Source: a virus
Virus record (IMG/VR): IMGVR_UViG_3300047550_003482
Location: 26,420-90,419 of that record
Length of the DNA stretch: 64,000 bases
Reading direction: 5' to 3' (one strand)
Shown: positions 21,514 through 31,990 of the stretch, in pieces
Numbering within the stretch: the first letter of the stretch is position 1
Layout of the letters: each line of letters begins with the position of its first letter
Translations under genes and position numbers: made by a program
Notes under the pieces: generated by a model
Seen by the model: only the letters and a program-made list of their open reading frames with translations
Databases searched by the model: none
Told to the model about the DNA's origin: nothing

Positions 21514-21846
21514 TTATTTGTTCAACTCCCGATCATGCAGCACAATACCGCGGGCACGATACAACAGCCTCTGATACCTACGTACATTTGAGCCCGGTGG
21601 CCAAAAGTTCATCAAATCTGGATTCCAGATCAATAGCATACAGTGTGCTGGCCAATAGTTTTTGATGTTCTTGGGCACCTCTTGCTTAGTCTCTTTTTCT
21701 ACATACTTGAAGGTTGCCTTGATTAGAGAATCGGCAAATCCTTTCAATTCATTTCTTGCAAAACAAAACACACCTGAAGCTCGACCGCCTTGTTCATCAG
21801 TTGCACCTGCACAACGTGCCAGGTGTTCAATTGTTTGATCGTTCAT
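21514..21846 (-). CDS. MNERI-like N-half fused to an unrelated C-terminus
   Basis: MNDQTIEHLARCAG..LKGFADSLIK, no FGVE end. Confidence 0.55.
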   Translation of the reverse strand: MNDQTIEHLARCAGATDEQGGRASGVFCFARNELKGFADSLIKATFKYVEKETKQEVPKNIKNYWPAHCMLLIWNPDLMNFWPPGSNVRRYQRLLYRARGIVLHDRELNK

Positions 21847-21847
21847 T

Positions 21848-22102
21848 TTAGACTCCAAACTCTTTCTTGACACGATTTTCAACGATTTCAGCGTTCGCCC
21901 AACCACACTGAAATTGTACTTCATCCTTGACTTCTGACATCACTGCTGAAATAAGCAACTCGGCGAACTTTTCCAAATCCAGGTTAGTTTTATCTAGGTC
22001 TATATTGTCAGACAGCATAAATTGTCCATCGGACAATTCAATGTATCCTTTTTCTAAGGTAGCACCGGCCCGCACTGCAAGTTGTTCAATTCGTTTGTTC
22101 AT
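21848..22102 (-). CDS. MNERI family member
   Basis: MNKRIEQLA..DLEKFAELL..VKKEFGV. Confidence 0.8.
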   Translation of the reverse strand: MNKRIEQLAVRAGATLEKGYIELSDGQFMLSDNIDLDKTNLDLEKFAELLISAVMSEVKDEVQFQCGWANAEIVENRVKKEFGV

Positions 22103-22163
22103 TTCAGACTCCAGTTATTACTCACTAGAAATACAGTATAACACTAGCCCGATTTATTGTCAA
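22097..22163 (-). promoter_or_regulatory. Early promoter-leader-RBS, near-identical to 42623-42689
   Basis: 67 bp with 4 mismatches. Confidence 0.9.
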
Positions 22164-22164
22164 A

Positions 22165-23361
22165 TTATGACCCAAAAACTTCAGCGGTTAGTAAGGTACG
22201 ATCTTCAATCACCCAAAAGTTTTCAATTGCTCTTTTGCTATGCATTTCTGAAATATAGTGACCTAACAATTTTTCTTGGTTATCAACATTGATTACTTTT
22301 CCTAACCAAATTTTGGTATGCACAATCTGATTAGTCTGTCCAACAATCCTGCCATCAGATTCTCTGTAATAATATGAACAATTTGATTGTTCATGGTCAC
22401 GCCATTGATATGTATTCATATGTTTTTCATTCGTTCTTGGCGTTCTGCCTCATGTTCATCACATAATGTTTTAATCCACCCACCGGTTTGGCTTTTACCA
22501 GGCTTACCGCATTCTTCGCATGTATGTGCAGCCCATGCCTCAGCCATAGTGACCATTCCATCAATCCTAGAATTTCCACCTGTGTGGTAAAAACGCAGAC
22601 CACCGAACTTCTCTTTGATTTGTTCAACTACTACAGGCGGAACTTCATCTGGGATTGGAGTATTGTATGGGTTAGATTCTAGTAGTAACTTACGTCTTTC
22701 GTTGGATTGTACAACGTGGCTTTGAATATGGGCACACAATGATTCAACAATGGGCCACCATCCAGGACCAATAGCAAAACCACCATATGATCCTTCAAAC
22801 ATAGATGGATACTTTTCCTCCATCTTAGCAGCAAATTTTTCATAATCACTTTCTTGATACATCTTAATCCTTTAGCAATTGTTCCATACGTTCTTTCCAA
22901 AGCAAAGCATCTTCTTCATAATCAAAATGTGGGCTCAGTTCCACGTTTTCATCATCGTCCTCAACCCATACATAGATCCTATAAATATCATCACAGATAA
23001 GTTGCATGGTATTTCCTTTATGTTAGTTTTAACTATATGCAATTTCTGTCCACACTGTGTTTTCATCCATGATTTCTACACTAGCTAGAGATTTAGTTTT
23101 CTCAATCATGTTAGCTAATACTCCGGCACCGTAACCAGTGTTGCCATAACTGTTTTTATGACAAAGATATTTTGATCCGCTATGTCCTGTAAAAACATAG
23201 GTATCATTCTCTAATACCACTGACTTAATACCTGAGTTCAATCGCCAACTTGAAGAACCTAGATAAGATCCATACCAAGATGCAAAAATTTTATATTCAA
23301 CAGGTGAGTTATCGTTTGGTGTGATTTTAATCACCAACCAACGATCTGGTTGTTCTGACAT
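22165..23361 (-). other. Hypothetical CDSs (22165-22419; 22416-22862 with QIKEKFGGLRFY/CEECG; 23029-23361)
   Basis: ORF track. Confidence 0.7.
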
Positions 23362-23372
23362 AGACTGTTTCC

Positions 23373-23681
23373 TTAAGATTTAAGAATTGATAGTACTGCT
23401 GTCTTTTCTAGGTCTTCGCGGAATTCAGGATAAACTTCATGCAGTTTTTCTACAGAAATTTTCGTATATCCTTTACCTAACTTTTTTTCAAAGTCTTGCT
23501 CAACACAGTACTGAGAAGTAGTTTCAATTTTTGTTCGCAAAGCTTGTCCTCTACGGCCCCAAAAAGTAACGAACTTGGATTCGTCCCACCGTCTAAGTGT
23601 TGAACGATCAGTTAGAGAAATGACACCCCAGACTTTATCGTGAGTGCCATCCCTACACCACCCTACACACACAATATTCAT
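23373..23681 (-). CDS. WGR-domain-like protein
   Basis: HDKVWG...WGRRG...KKL.KGY. Confidence 0.65.
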   Translation of the reverse strand: MNIVCVGWCRDGTHDKVWGVISLTDRSTLRRWDESKFVTFWGRRGQALRTKIETTSQYCVEQDFEKKLGKGYTKISVEKLHEVYPEFREDLEKTAVLSILKS

Positions 23682-24235
23682 GTATTCATCCTTCCATTAT
23701 GACCTTTGATTTCACCCTTGAGCGCATCAGCAATCATTTCTTCCATAGTAGAAAGAAAACGTCCAGTGTAATCCCAGCCTACATTACGTACACGATACTG
23801 TTCAAGACCGCTAGGATTCTGATGCAGATGCCCATGAAAATGCACAGCACCATGATGCTGACGGTTGAACTCAGCAATAGGATAATGAAACATTACCACA
23901 TGATGCCCATCATATCGGATTTCCAGATAATCATGAATTTCTTCAAAACATGCAGCAAAACTCTTATCCTTAACGGTTTTGCTATCATGATTGCCTTTGA
24001 CAAGAATTTTGCGACCGTTAAGACTACGAAGAATATTAGCCGCATGCGATGCTGCCATAAAAGCAATATCACCCAGCATATACACCGTATCTTCGGGCAT
24101 GACGGTCTCGTTCCACATGCGAATCATTTCATCATGCATGTGGTTGATATCACGGAAGTGACCGCGAGTTTCCGGACAAAACTTCATGATGTTGTTGTGT
24201 CCGAAATGAAAGTCTGATCCGATGTATGTCTTCAT
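23678..24235 (-). CDS. Metallophosphoesterase
   Basis: SDFHFGH, LGD, GNHD, HYP, HGHLH. Confidence 0.9.
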   Translation of the reverse strand: MKTYIGSDFHFGHNNIMKFCPETRGHFRDINHMHDEMIRMWNETVMPEDTVYMLGDIAFMAASHAANILRSLNGRKILVKGNHDSKTVKDKSFAACFEEIHDYLEIRYDGHHVVMFHYPIAEFNRQHHGAVHFHGHLHQNPSGLEQYRVRNVGWDYTGRFLSTMEEMIADALKGEIKGHNGRMNT

Positions 24236-24268
24236 AATGCCTTATTCTATAGGTATTTGGATTTATTG

Positions 24269-24859
24269 TCAACTTCTCTTGTCTAGGATTTTATCAATTA
24301 GTCCATATTCAAGGCTTTGGTCAGCGTTCATGAAATAATCTCTTTCCATATCCTTGCTCAATTCTTTGAAAGTTTTGCCTTTGCTATTGTGTTTGACATA
24401 GATATTAGTGAGATTCTTTTTCAATTCAAGAATTTCCTTAACCTGAATTTCCATATCAGTGGCTTGACCTCTTGCACCACCACTTGGTTGATGAATCATC
24501 TGCCTAGCATTTGGTAACATAAAACGTTTACCTGGTGCACCTGCTTGTGCCAACAAACTTCCCATACTACAGGCTTGACCGACAATAATAGTCTGTACAT
24601 CACAACGTATAAATTGCATGGTATCATAGATACCTAATCCTGCTGTTACACTGCCACCTGGACTATTGATGTAAAGAAAAATATCTTTGTTAGGTTCTTC
24701 ACTTTCTAGATAAAGCATTTGTGCCACAATCAAATTAGCCATTTGGTCATGCACCTCACCTTCTAAAAAGATTAGTCTGTCTTTCAATAAGCGGCTATAA
24801 AGATCAAAACTTCTTTCACCACGACTGGTTTGCTCTAAAACAATAGGTACTAAACTCAT
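24269..24859 (-). CDS. clpP: ATP-dependent Clp protease proteolytic subunit
   Basis: [30 protein letters not shown]. Confidence 0.97.
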   Translation of the reverse strand: MSLVPIVLEQTSRGERSFDLYSRLLKDRLIFLEGEVHDQMANLIVAQMLYLESEEPNKDIFLYINSPGGSVTAGLGIYDTMQFIRCDVQTIIVGQACSMGSLLAQAGAPGKRFMLPNARQMIHQPSGGARGQATDMEIQVKEILELKKNLTNIYVKHNSKGKTFKELSKDMERDYFMNADQSLEYGLIDKILDKRS

Positions 24860-24917
24860 ATAATATCCTCAAAATTGATATTATACTGTCCAGTAACTAC
24901 TGTGTATAGTAAATAGG

Positions 24918-26432
24918 TTACTTACGTTTTTCTCTACCGACATTACCGACTTCTTTTTCTTGTCGGCGAACTGATTTCTTTTTGTCAGTGATATCTGTAG
25001 CAACTGAAGCAACACTCTTCATTGGTTTGCTTGGTGTTGGTTCTTCTTCTTTTTCTGGTCCTTGACCCTTGTCAATCTTGAATGTATAGTTGCCTTTAAT
25101 ACCTGTACTGTAATAAGTTTTACCTGCACTTAGATAAACACCTTTAATGCTTGATCCTGGATATACAGTTTCAAATTCACTTAAAGTCCAAGTATCTTTA
25201 CCTTCTTTTGCCTTGGTATAAACTTGAACTAATCCACCGTGGTTCAATATATCAGCGGCTGCTTTACTGAAATTAGTATGTTCATTTACCTCACTGGCCG
25301 CTTTATGTGCTACAGCAGCAATTAAATGATAATACAAATTTACAGTGTTTGATTCCATTGATCTAGAAAGAGCCAACTTTTTCAGTTTAGGACTAAGAAC
25401 TTGATCAATACTATCAACATTTACTGGGCCATAATTTTTGAGACCTAATATTTGATTTGCTTCTTTTTCATTGATGATGTTGTATTTTATACCCAAATAC
25501 AATGGTGCACCTGCTTGACCCTTGCTTTTGATTTCTTTGATAATCTCTATTTCTTCTTTGTACTTGCGTAAAAACTTTTTGCCATCCGGTGTTTCTTCAA
25601 GTTGTAAAATTTTATCAAATAAATTACCAACACTTGCGGTTGCACCTTTCCCGCCTTTACTACTAACTAATATACTTGCACCTTCTTTGTTAGTAATGAT
25701 ACTATCGCTTAATCCTGCAGTTTTACTATCATCAAAACTAATTACTGTTTTACTGAAGCCATTGTATCCTAAAAACTTTTCTGCTGCTTCGCCTGCATTT
25801 CCTGTGTATTGACCTTTTTGTAAAGCCATTGGTTGTAGTATTTCACAGAAATAATCTCTGAATGCAGTAAAACTAATGTCATTTGGCTTATTGAAAGTCA
25901 TAGGCAAGGGTTCACCTATAGCAATTTTATGTGCCACTGCATACAAAGGATTATCAGTTCCCAAACTTGCAGCTAACTGATTCATTATTTTTGGAATAGT
26001 AAGATCAGTTTTATCTGTCAGTAGATCCTGTGGACCTAATTGTGCTTGAGATTTTTCCGCCGACTTTCCTGCAAGTTTGTAATCACCTACATTATTTGGT
26101 ACATAATTATCTGTTGGATCTGGTTTGATAGATTCTAAATATCTTCCAAAATAAATTGCACCTTGTTCATTATTAAATTTAGCAATGGCAAATCCACCTG
26201 TTCGTGGACTTCTGGCATTCTGCCAAATAATATTTTTGATTTTTCGTTGAACTTGTGTAAGAGCAGAATCCAACTCTTCGGGAGAATATTTGCCTCCTCC
26301 TTCAGGGAAGAATTTTATCTCATCAAAATAAATTTCTTCTTTTTCTGGGTTTTTGAATACGTCACCGGATTTTCTACCAGCTAACCCAGTACTTTCTTTT
26401 AAAACATCAAATAGATTTAATAGTTCACGCAT
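24918..26432 (-). CDS. Large hypothetical probable late protein
   Basis: 504 aa; TAAATA 6 nt upstream of ATG. Confidence 0.75.
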   Translation of the reverse strand: MRELLNLFDVLKESTGLAGRKSGDVFKNPEKEEIYFDEIKFFPEGGGKYSPEELDSALTQVQRKIKNIIWQNARSPRTGGFAIAKFNNEQGAIYFGRYLESIKPDPTDNYVPNNVGDYKLAGKSAEKSQAQLGPQDLLTDKTDLTIPKIMNQLAASLGTDNPLYAVAHKIAIGEPLPMTFNKPNDISFTAFRDYFCEILQPMALQKGQYTGNAGEAAEKFLGYNGFSKTVISFDDSKTAGLSDSIITNKEGASILVSSKGGKGATASVGNLFDKILQLEETPDGKKFLRKYKEEIEIIKEIKSKGQAGAPLYLGIKYNIINEKEANQILGLKNYGPVNVDSIDQVLSPKLKKLALSRSMESNTVNLYYHLIAAVAHKAASEVNEHTNFSKAAADILNHGGLVQVYTKAKEGKDTWTLSEFETVYPGSSIKGVYLSAGKTYYSTGIKGNYTFKIDKGQGPEKEEEPTPSKPMKSVASVATDITDKKKSVRRQEKEVGNVGREKRK

Positions 26433-26450
26433 AATATGTATTTAGTCAAC

Positions 26451-26939
26451 TCAGTATTTAAACAGATTTTGAGTTTTCAGCCAACCATGAAAATTATAGA
26501 TTTTCTTAAGTGGTATGTCGTATTTCAATAATTTTTTCTTATGCATGAAAAAAGTAGGACCATGACTGAATACTGGCTTAAGACCTTTACTGATTCTTTC
26601 TTTACTCAAGATATCCCATTGGTATTGATGACACATTTCATGTGCAAGTATCATTATTAACCATTGTTTACATGCCCAACTTTTAGTTAGGCTAATAGTG
26701 CAATGTGCTTTTTTATTAGCTTTGTGCGGGATAGGAGTACAATAACCAAAATACAATTTAGGTTTAAGTACCAAATAAAACTTTGGTTTATATAATTTGT
26801 TATTAAAAACTTCTCTATTCAATAACTCATACAAGTATGATATTTCTTTTATGCTTGTTTTGTAAGCTTTACGTCTTTGATATGTTATTGGGGGAAGTTC
26901 TTCATGCATTAATTTTTGTAATTCGTTTTTATAGCGCAT
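26451..26939 (-). CDS. SprT-like zinc metalloprotease
   Basis: LN..VF...L, LAHEMCH, SHG..F. Confidence 0.8.
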   Translation of the reverse strand: MRYKNELQKLMHEELPPITYQRRKAYKTSIKEISYLYELLNREVFNNKLYKPKFYLVLKPKLYFGYCTPIPHKANKKAHCTISLTKSWACKQWLIMILAHEMCHQYQWDILSKERISKGLKPVFSHGPTFFMHKKKLLKYDIPLKKIYNFHGWLKTQNLFKY

Positions 26940-27005
26940 ACAACTTCAATTGTACATATGCGAATAATTTTTACTAGCATATAGGTCAAACTATTAAATA
27001 ATCAA

Positions 27006-27698
27006 ATGAATGTAGCGTTTGATTTTATTAGTGATTTAAACATAAAAGACCAAGATCAATTTGATTGGACAGATAAACCCACAAGTTTGTATTGTATAGT
27101 CGCTGGCAATGTTAGTGATACCTTGCCAGTTATATCTATGTGCTTAGGACATCTATCTAAATTGTATCAAGGGGTATTTTACATACCAGGTTATCTTGAA
27201 TATAGTAAATCTACTAACTACACCAAAACAACAAATGATTTAGCAAGGGTATTAAAGAAATTTAAAAATGTTGCATTGTTAGATCATCATGTGGTTATTA
27301 TCAATGGTGTAGCTATATTAGGTTGTAATGGTTGGCATAACCAAAATAAAGAAGATGAACTGACAGAAATAAAAATCACTGAGTATAGATATGATGATGT
27401 TATCTACCTAAAAAACTCAGTAGAAAAACTTCAAAAGCATTTAGACATAAAGAAAATAATTATTGTATCCAATGCAGTCCCGCTCAATTATCTATATTAT
27501 GGTGAATCACCTAAACATTTAGCAGATACAGCAGAACTATCATTGGCATTAGTTAGTGATAGTGAAACAAAAGTTTGTACTTGGATATTTGGTACATATG
27601 GTAAAATGGTTGAGACAACTATTGACAACGTAAAATATGTAAACAATACGTTTGTACAACAACCATACTGGCCTAAACGGGTAGATATAGAAATTTAA
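27006..27698 (+). CDS. Metallophosphoesterase-fold protein with degenerate metal ligands
   Basis: SDLN, AGNV, PGYLE, FGTY in place of DxH/GD/GNHE/GHxH. Confidence 0.65.
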   Translation: MNVAFDFISDLNIKDQDQFDWTDKPTSLYCIVAGNVSDTLPVISMCLGHLSKLYQGVFYIPGYLEYSKSTNYTKTTNDLARVLKKFKNVALLDHHVVIINGVAILGCNGWHNQNKEDELTEIKITEYRYDDVIYLKNSVEKLQKHLDIKKIIIVSNAVPLNYLYYGESPKHLADTAELSLALVSDSETKVCTWIFGTYGKMVETTIDNVKYVNNTFVQQPYWPKRVDIEI

Positions 27699-28000
27699 GC
27701 TTCGGCTTCTACTTTAATTAGCAATGGATAACCTTTAGCCCTAGCTGCCATTGTAACTTCAATACCTCTGGTTTCAGCGATTTCATAAGGAAGAATCGCA
27801 ACAACTGCACTGCCTTCATGATGAATTTTAGTTGTAAGATTACTTGCAGTTTCATTGTTGTAATCAAAAAAGTTAATCAAGGACTCGATAACAAATTCCA
27901 TTGATGTAACGTCATCATTCATATAAATGATTTTCCACAATGGTGGTTCTTGTAAATTTAGCAATGGCTTGATTTTTGTTTTTGTTTCTGACTTTGGCAT
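27695..28000 (-). CDS. clpS: Clp protease adaptor ClpS
   Basis: NDDVTSMEFV...IH..G.AV...EIAE....YPL. Confidence 0.93.
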   Translation of the reverse strand: MPKSETKTKIKPLLNLQEPPLWKIIYMNDDVTSMEFVIESLINFFDYNNETASNLTTKIHHEGSAVVAILPYEIAETRGIEVTMAARAKGYPLLIKVEAEA

Positions 28001-28067
28001 ATGATAATCCTTGTTATATTGAAATAGATTATATTGTATTTATTTGAATGATGAAAACGTTAAGGTG

Positions 28068-28101
28068 AAAAAAGTGACTTGAACTTATATCAAGTCACTT
28101 T
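28068..28101 (-). terminator. Rho-independent terminator after hsp20
   Basis: AAAGTGACTTGA/TCAAGTCACTTT stem followed by T-run on the minus strand. Confidence 0.8.
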
Positions 28102-28120
28102 AGCTAGTAAATGCTATGAT

Positions 28121-28552
28121 TTACTTGTTATAGGTGATTTGGATGCGCTTTGGTTTTTGTTCTTCAGGAACGATACGTTCAAGACTGATTGCCAATATCC
28201 CATCTGCTAACACCGCACTCGTAACCTCAACATGGTCAGCTAGTGCCCATGATCTTAGGAAACTACGAGAACTAATTCCTCTATGCAAATATTCTACTTC
28301 AACATCTGAGGACTTTTCACCCTTTGCAATTAAATGTCCGTTTTCTACGGTTACAACAACCTCATCATCCTTAAACCCAGCTACCGCTAACTCAACGGTA
28401 AACTTGTCAGTACCATGTTTCACAACATTGTATGGAGGATAATTTGTAGCATTGTTGCTTGTACGCATTAGCTCAGTAATCATGTTGTCAAAGCCTAATG
28501 CAAACTTGTGAATGTCTGGAACATTCAATGAACGGAATTGTAAATTTGTCAT
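28121..28552 (-). CDS. Small heat-shock protein (Hsp20/IbpA-like)
   Basis: YPPYN, ELAVAGF, YLHRGI..R.F.R, A.L.DGIL.I.L...PE..KP. Confidence 0.95.
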   Translation of the reverse strand: MTNLQFRSLNVPDIHKFALGFDNMITELMRTSNNATNYPPYNVVKHGTDKFTVELAVAGFKDDEVVVTVENGHLIAKGEKSSDVEVEYLHRGISSRSFLRSWALADHVEVTSAVLADGILAISLERIVPEEQKPKRIQITYNK

Positions 28553-28605
28553 TTTATTTCTCCTTTAAGCAAATATGACAGTATGAGCCCGATATCGGCA
28601 CTCAT
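28547..28605 (-). promoter_or_regulatory. ROSE-like RNA thermometer candidate
   Basis: Two hairpins; UUGCU opposite GGAG SD; UGUCAU pairs with AUGACA. Confidence 0.6.
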
Positions 28606-28650
28606 TAATATTTATTGTACTAATTTACGCAAAAAAATAAACTATTTAGG

Positions 28651-28872
28651 TTAAAACAGTTTTGGTGGAAGTTCTTGAGACTTTATATATCGTTGCCATC
28701 TTTTAACCGCTTGTGCCTTTGCAATCTTTTTTGCTACTGTTGGCTTAGTATAGAATTGACGATTCTGTAATTCTAATAGCAAGCCATCTTCGGCAATTTT
28801 CTTTTTGAACTTTTGCAAAGCTCGGTCAAGGTTGTTATCATGTACTATTACTTTTTTACCATTTCTACTCAT
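28651..28872 (-). CDS. rpsU: 30S ribosomal protein bS21
   Basis: V.V...NLDRALQKFKKK...G.L.EL..R.FY.KP. Confidence 0.9.
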   Translation of the reverse strand: MSRNGKKVIVHDNNLDRALQKFKKKIAEDGLLLELQNRQFYTKPTVAKKIAKAQAVKRWQRYIKSQELPPKLF

Positions 28873-30077
28873 AATACCTCTTTTGGGTTTAAAACTAATT
28901 CACGATCAATATTTATCTTATTAATGTTTTTGGATAAATATTTTTGCATGTTATACATATGCGGCATCAATACTTTTTCAATTTCAGTATGTAGCCCTCT
29001 TGCACCAGTACGATTACTTACACAGTTTTCAACGATTTGCTCTAATGCCTCATCATCAAATTCTAATGTTAGCCCATCTAAACTGAAAAGATATTGATAT
29101 TGTTGGATATAACTATTTTTTACATCGGTCAATATTTTCAACAATTCTTGTTTAGTTAATTCTCTTAGTGAAACATTGGTAGTAAATCTTCCGACAAATT
29201 CGGGAATCATACCAAATTTAACCAAATCATCTGGTGATAATTGTTCAAGAATATTATCTGAAACAATTTCTTTGTTTTTAACTTCAGCGGCAAAACCTAT
29301 TGTTGTGCCTCTAGTTCTAGTTTGTATGACTTCTTTTAATCCTACAAATGCTCCACCTGCTATAAACAAAATGTTTTTGGTATTGATTTCAGATACTTCA
29401 CCTTGTGGATGTTTTCTTCCCCCGTTAGATGGAATTCTGCATATTGTTCCTTCAACCAACTTTAGTAAAGCCTGTTGAACACCTTCACCTGAAACATCTC
29501 TAGTTATACTAGTGCTTTCACTTTTTCTAGCAATTTTATCTATCTCGTCTATAAAAATGATACCTCTTTCTGCTAGCTTTTTATCACCGCCTGCTGCATT
29601 TACTAACATGGCAATTGTGCTTTCTACATCATCACCTACATATCCTGCTTCAGTCAATGATGTAGCATCAGCTACAACAAACGGAACATTCAAATATTTC
29701 GCAATAGTTTTTGCAAGTAGTGTTTTGCCAGATCCAGTTGGACCAATTAATAACACATTACCTTTTTGAATCTCAATGTCTGGTGATTCATTATGGATAC
29801 GTTTGTAGTGATTTACGATAGCAACACTTAAAACCTTTTTTGCGTTGTCTTGACCAATAATATATTTGTCTAGATTTTCTTTAATGCTGATGGGATCAAG
29901 TTCTGTGCCTTTGTTTTGTTCAGGTGATATAGGAGAATCATCTTCAATTAGTTTGTTGCATAAATCAATGCAATCACTGCAAATAGCTACATTGTCGCTT
30001 AGTATAAGTTTACTTACTACATCTTTATGATTTCCGCAAAAACTACAATGATTTATTTTATTTTCCTGTATTGTCAT
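28869..30077 (-). CDS. clpX: ATP-dependent Clp protease ATPase ClpX
   Basis: CSFCG zinc finger, GPTGSGKT, DATSLTEAGYVG, DEIDK, RDVSGEGVQQ, IGF, GARGL. Confidence 0.97.
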   Translation of the reverse strand: MTIQENKINHCSFCGNHKDVVSKLILSDNVAICSDCIDLCNKLIEDDSPISPEQNKGTELDPISIKENLDKYIIGQDNAKKVLSVAIVNHYKRIHNESPDIEIQKGNVLLIGPTGSGKTLLAKTIAKYLNVPFVVADATSLTEAGYVGDDVESTIAMLVNAAGGDKKLAERGIIFIDEIDKIARKSESTSITRDVSGEGVQQALLKLVEGTICRIPSNGGRKHPQGEVSEINTKNILFIAGGAFVGLKEVIQTRTRGTTIGFAAEVKNKEIVSDNILEQLSPDDLVKFGMIPEFVGRFTTNVSLRELTKQELLKILTDVKNSYIQQYQYLFSLDGLTLEFDDEALEQIVENCVSNRTGARGLHTEIEKVLMPHMYNMQKYLSKNINKINIDRELVLNPKEVL

Positions 30078-31515
30078 GTTCTAAATATTGGGTAATGAGA
30101 TTTTTTTCTGCTTCAGTAAGAAGACTTACGTCATAATTTCCGGTATCAATCTTGCCTATCAATGCTCTTATATATTCTTCATTCATATGTGTAGATTGTT
30201 TTTCTATCTCAATCCATTTGCCACTTGAAAATTTATATGCTCTTGTAGGCAATAAATCAATACGAATAAAAATATCATTGTTGGTTGCATATTTAGGAAA
30301 TTTGTTACCAAAGTTATTTATAGCTAGGTTAGAGGGCAAGAATAATTCTGGTTCTATTTCTTTTAGTGCTTCCTTCTTTATGTTTTTGCCGTTAAAGAGA
30401 ACATAGCCATCACCAAGATCAATTAATGGATTTTCTCTTGTAATATTATCTGTCTCAACTTTTGTTGTAGTAGGTTTTATAGGCTCTGGTATTTTTTCAG
30501 GCTCTATTACTACTTCTGGTTCTTGTACAACCTCAGTTGAAACGATTTCTTTAACTATAGATTCTTCTTTATAGACCAATGGTTTTTCTCGTATAAAACC
30601 AAATGGAATTTTGAACGGATTCTTCAACAAATAGGGATGTTTTTTTAATATGTCACTATCATCATCTTTTGGTTTTTCTTCCTTAGTAGGTTCTATCACA
30701 GTTTCTTTTGGTTGTTCTATTTGTTTCTCTTCTTCAACCTTGTTTTCTTTATCATATATTCTACTATTATTTGCTGCTAATACTAGAGCCAATGCTAATG
30801 GATCAAATACTATGATGATTAGTATTATGACATACCTCACAGCTTTTTCAAGCATATTATGCTCAACAGTATCACCATATATCAAAGCAGCAATGTATTT
30901 TATTGGTCCTACCTCTACTTCAATTTTTCTTAATTGAGTTGCGAGTGGCGCCTTTTCTTCATTTAGTTTAGCAATTTCTTGTTGTGCTTTACTTATTTCC
31001 TGTTGAAGTTGTGTTCTTTCTTTGGCTTGTTGTCTTCTTATCTGTACTGCACGTTCTGCATTTTGTGTATCATTGCCTCTAGCTAATAATTGAGTTATTT
31101 GATCATCCATTTGGACCAAAGCTTTTTTAGCAATATCTATATTGTCTCTTTCAGTTTTAATCTTTTCTTCAATTAAACTTACTTTAGCTGCGACATCACC
31201 AGTCGGCACACCCTGTTCAATATGTGCCCTAGATAAAAATCCAAATATGCCCATACTGGTTAGTAGGGCAATAACTACTACAGAAAATACCAAATAACTC
31301 TTTAACAGTAATCCGCATTTATCCCAATATTTTCTTAACCAAACTGTGGTTGTTATTTTTCCTATTTCAAGGATAGAACCCATAATGATAATGGGAATAA
31401 CCGCACCAGCAAATATAGCAGTTAAACCAACAATGCTATAATATGCCGCTACGGTACTAAGTGATAGTGCTACTAAAAGTGTAAGATTTGTTATGTTGAA
31501 AATTTTTTGGTACAT
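30058..31515 (-). CDS. Conserved membrane coiled-coil phage protein
   Basis: N-terminal TM helices, GIFGFLS..H, EVGPIKYIA, FDPLA. Confidence 0.75.
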   Translation of the reverse strand: MYQKIFNITNLTLLVALSLSTVAAYYSIVGLTAIFAGAVIPIIIMGSILEIGKITTTVWLRKYWDKCGLLLKSYLVFSVVVIALLTSMGIFGFLSRAHIEQGVPTGDVAAKVSLIEEKIKTERDNIDIAKKALVQMDDQITQLLARGNDTQNAERAVQIRRQQAKERTQLQQEISKAQQEIAKLNEEKAPLATQLRKIEVEVGPIKYIAALIYGDTVEHNMLEKAVRYVIILIIIVFDPLALALVLAANNSRIYDKENKVEEEKQIEQPKETVIEPTKEEKPKDDDSDILKKHPYLLKNPFKIPFGFIREKPLVYKEESIVKEIVSTEVVQEPEVVIEPEKIPEPIKPTTTKVETDNITRENPLIDLGDGYVLFNGKNIKKEALKEIEPELFLPSNLAINNFGNKFPKYATNNDIFIRIDLLPTRAYKFSSGKWIEIEKQSTHMNEEYIRALIGKIDTGNYDVSLLTEAEKNLITQYLEHDNTGK

Positions 31516-31545
31516 CAACTATTTAGTTGATTAATACCAATGACT

Positions 31546-31982
31546 CTATTCCTTGCCGAATAAATGCCCGTAATAGTTATTGAATTCTTCCAAAGATAAA
31601 ACTAGTTTACGTGGAATGCCAGGTCCAGTTTTAATATGGTAGGTAACATACAATTCATTACCATCTCTTTCTTTAATTTGCATGACGGTAATACTGTTAC
31701 CATCAGCAAATGTATAAGATTTACCAACTAAATCGTAGTCATTCATTTTCTGATTTTAAGGGTTTTGGGCCCAACTGTTATCATAGTGTACACCACATTT
31801 TCATGTTTTAGTGGCAAATCCAAATTTATATGTACTCTTGAAACATTGTCATCACTGATGATATGTTCCAAAAGCACAGTACCTACAAAAGGAATATTAT
31901 TGTATTTACCTTCAACACGATCACCCATATGAAATTTCACATGTTTTCGGTTCTTTTCAAAATATTCTTTTTCTTTAGTCAT
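31546..31982 (-). other. Two small hypothetical CDSs (31546-31746, 31743-31982)
   Basis: ORF track. Confidence 0.6.
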
Positions 31983-31990
31983 GATAATGC

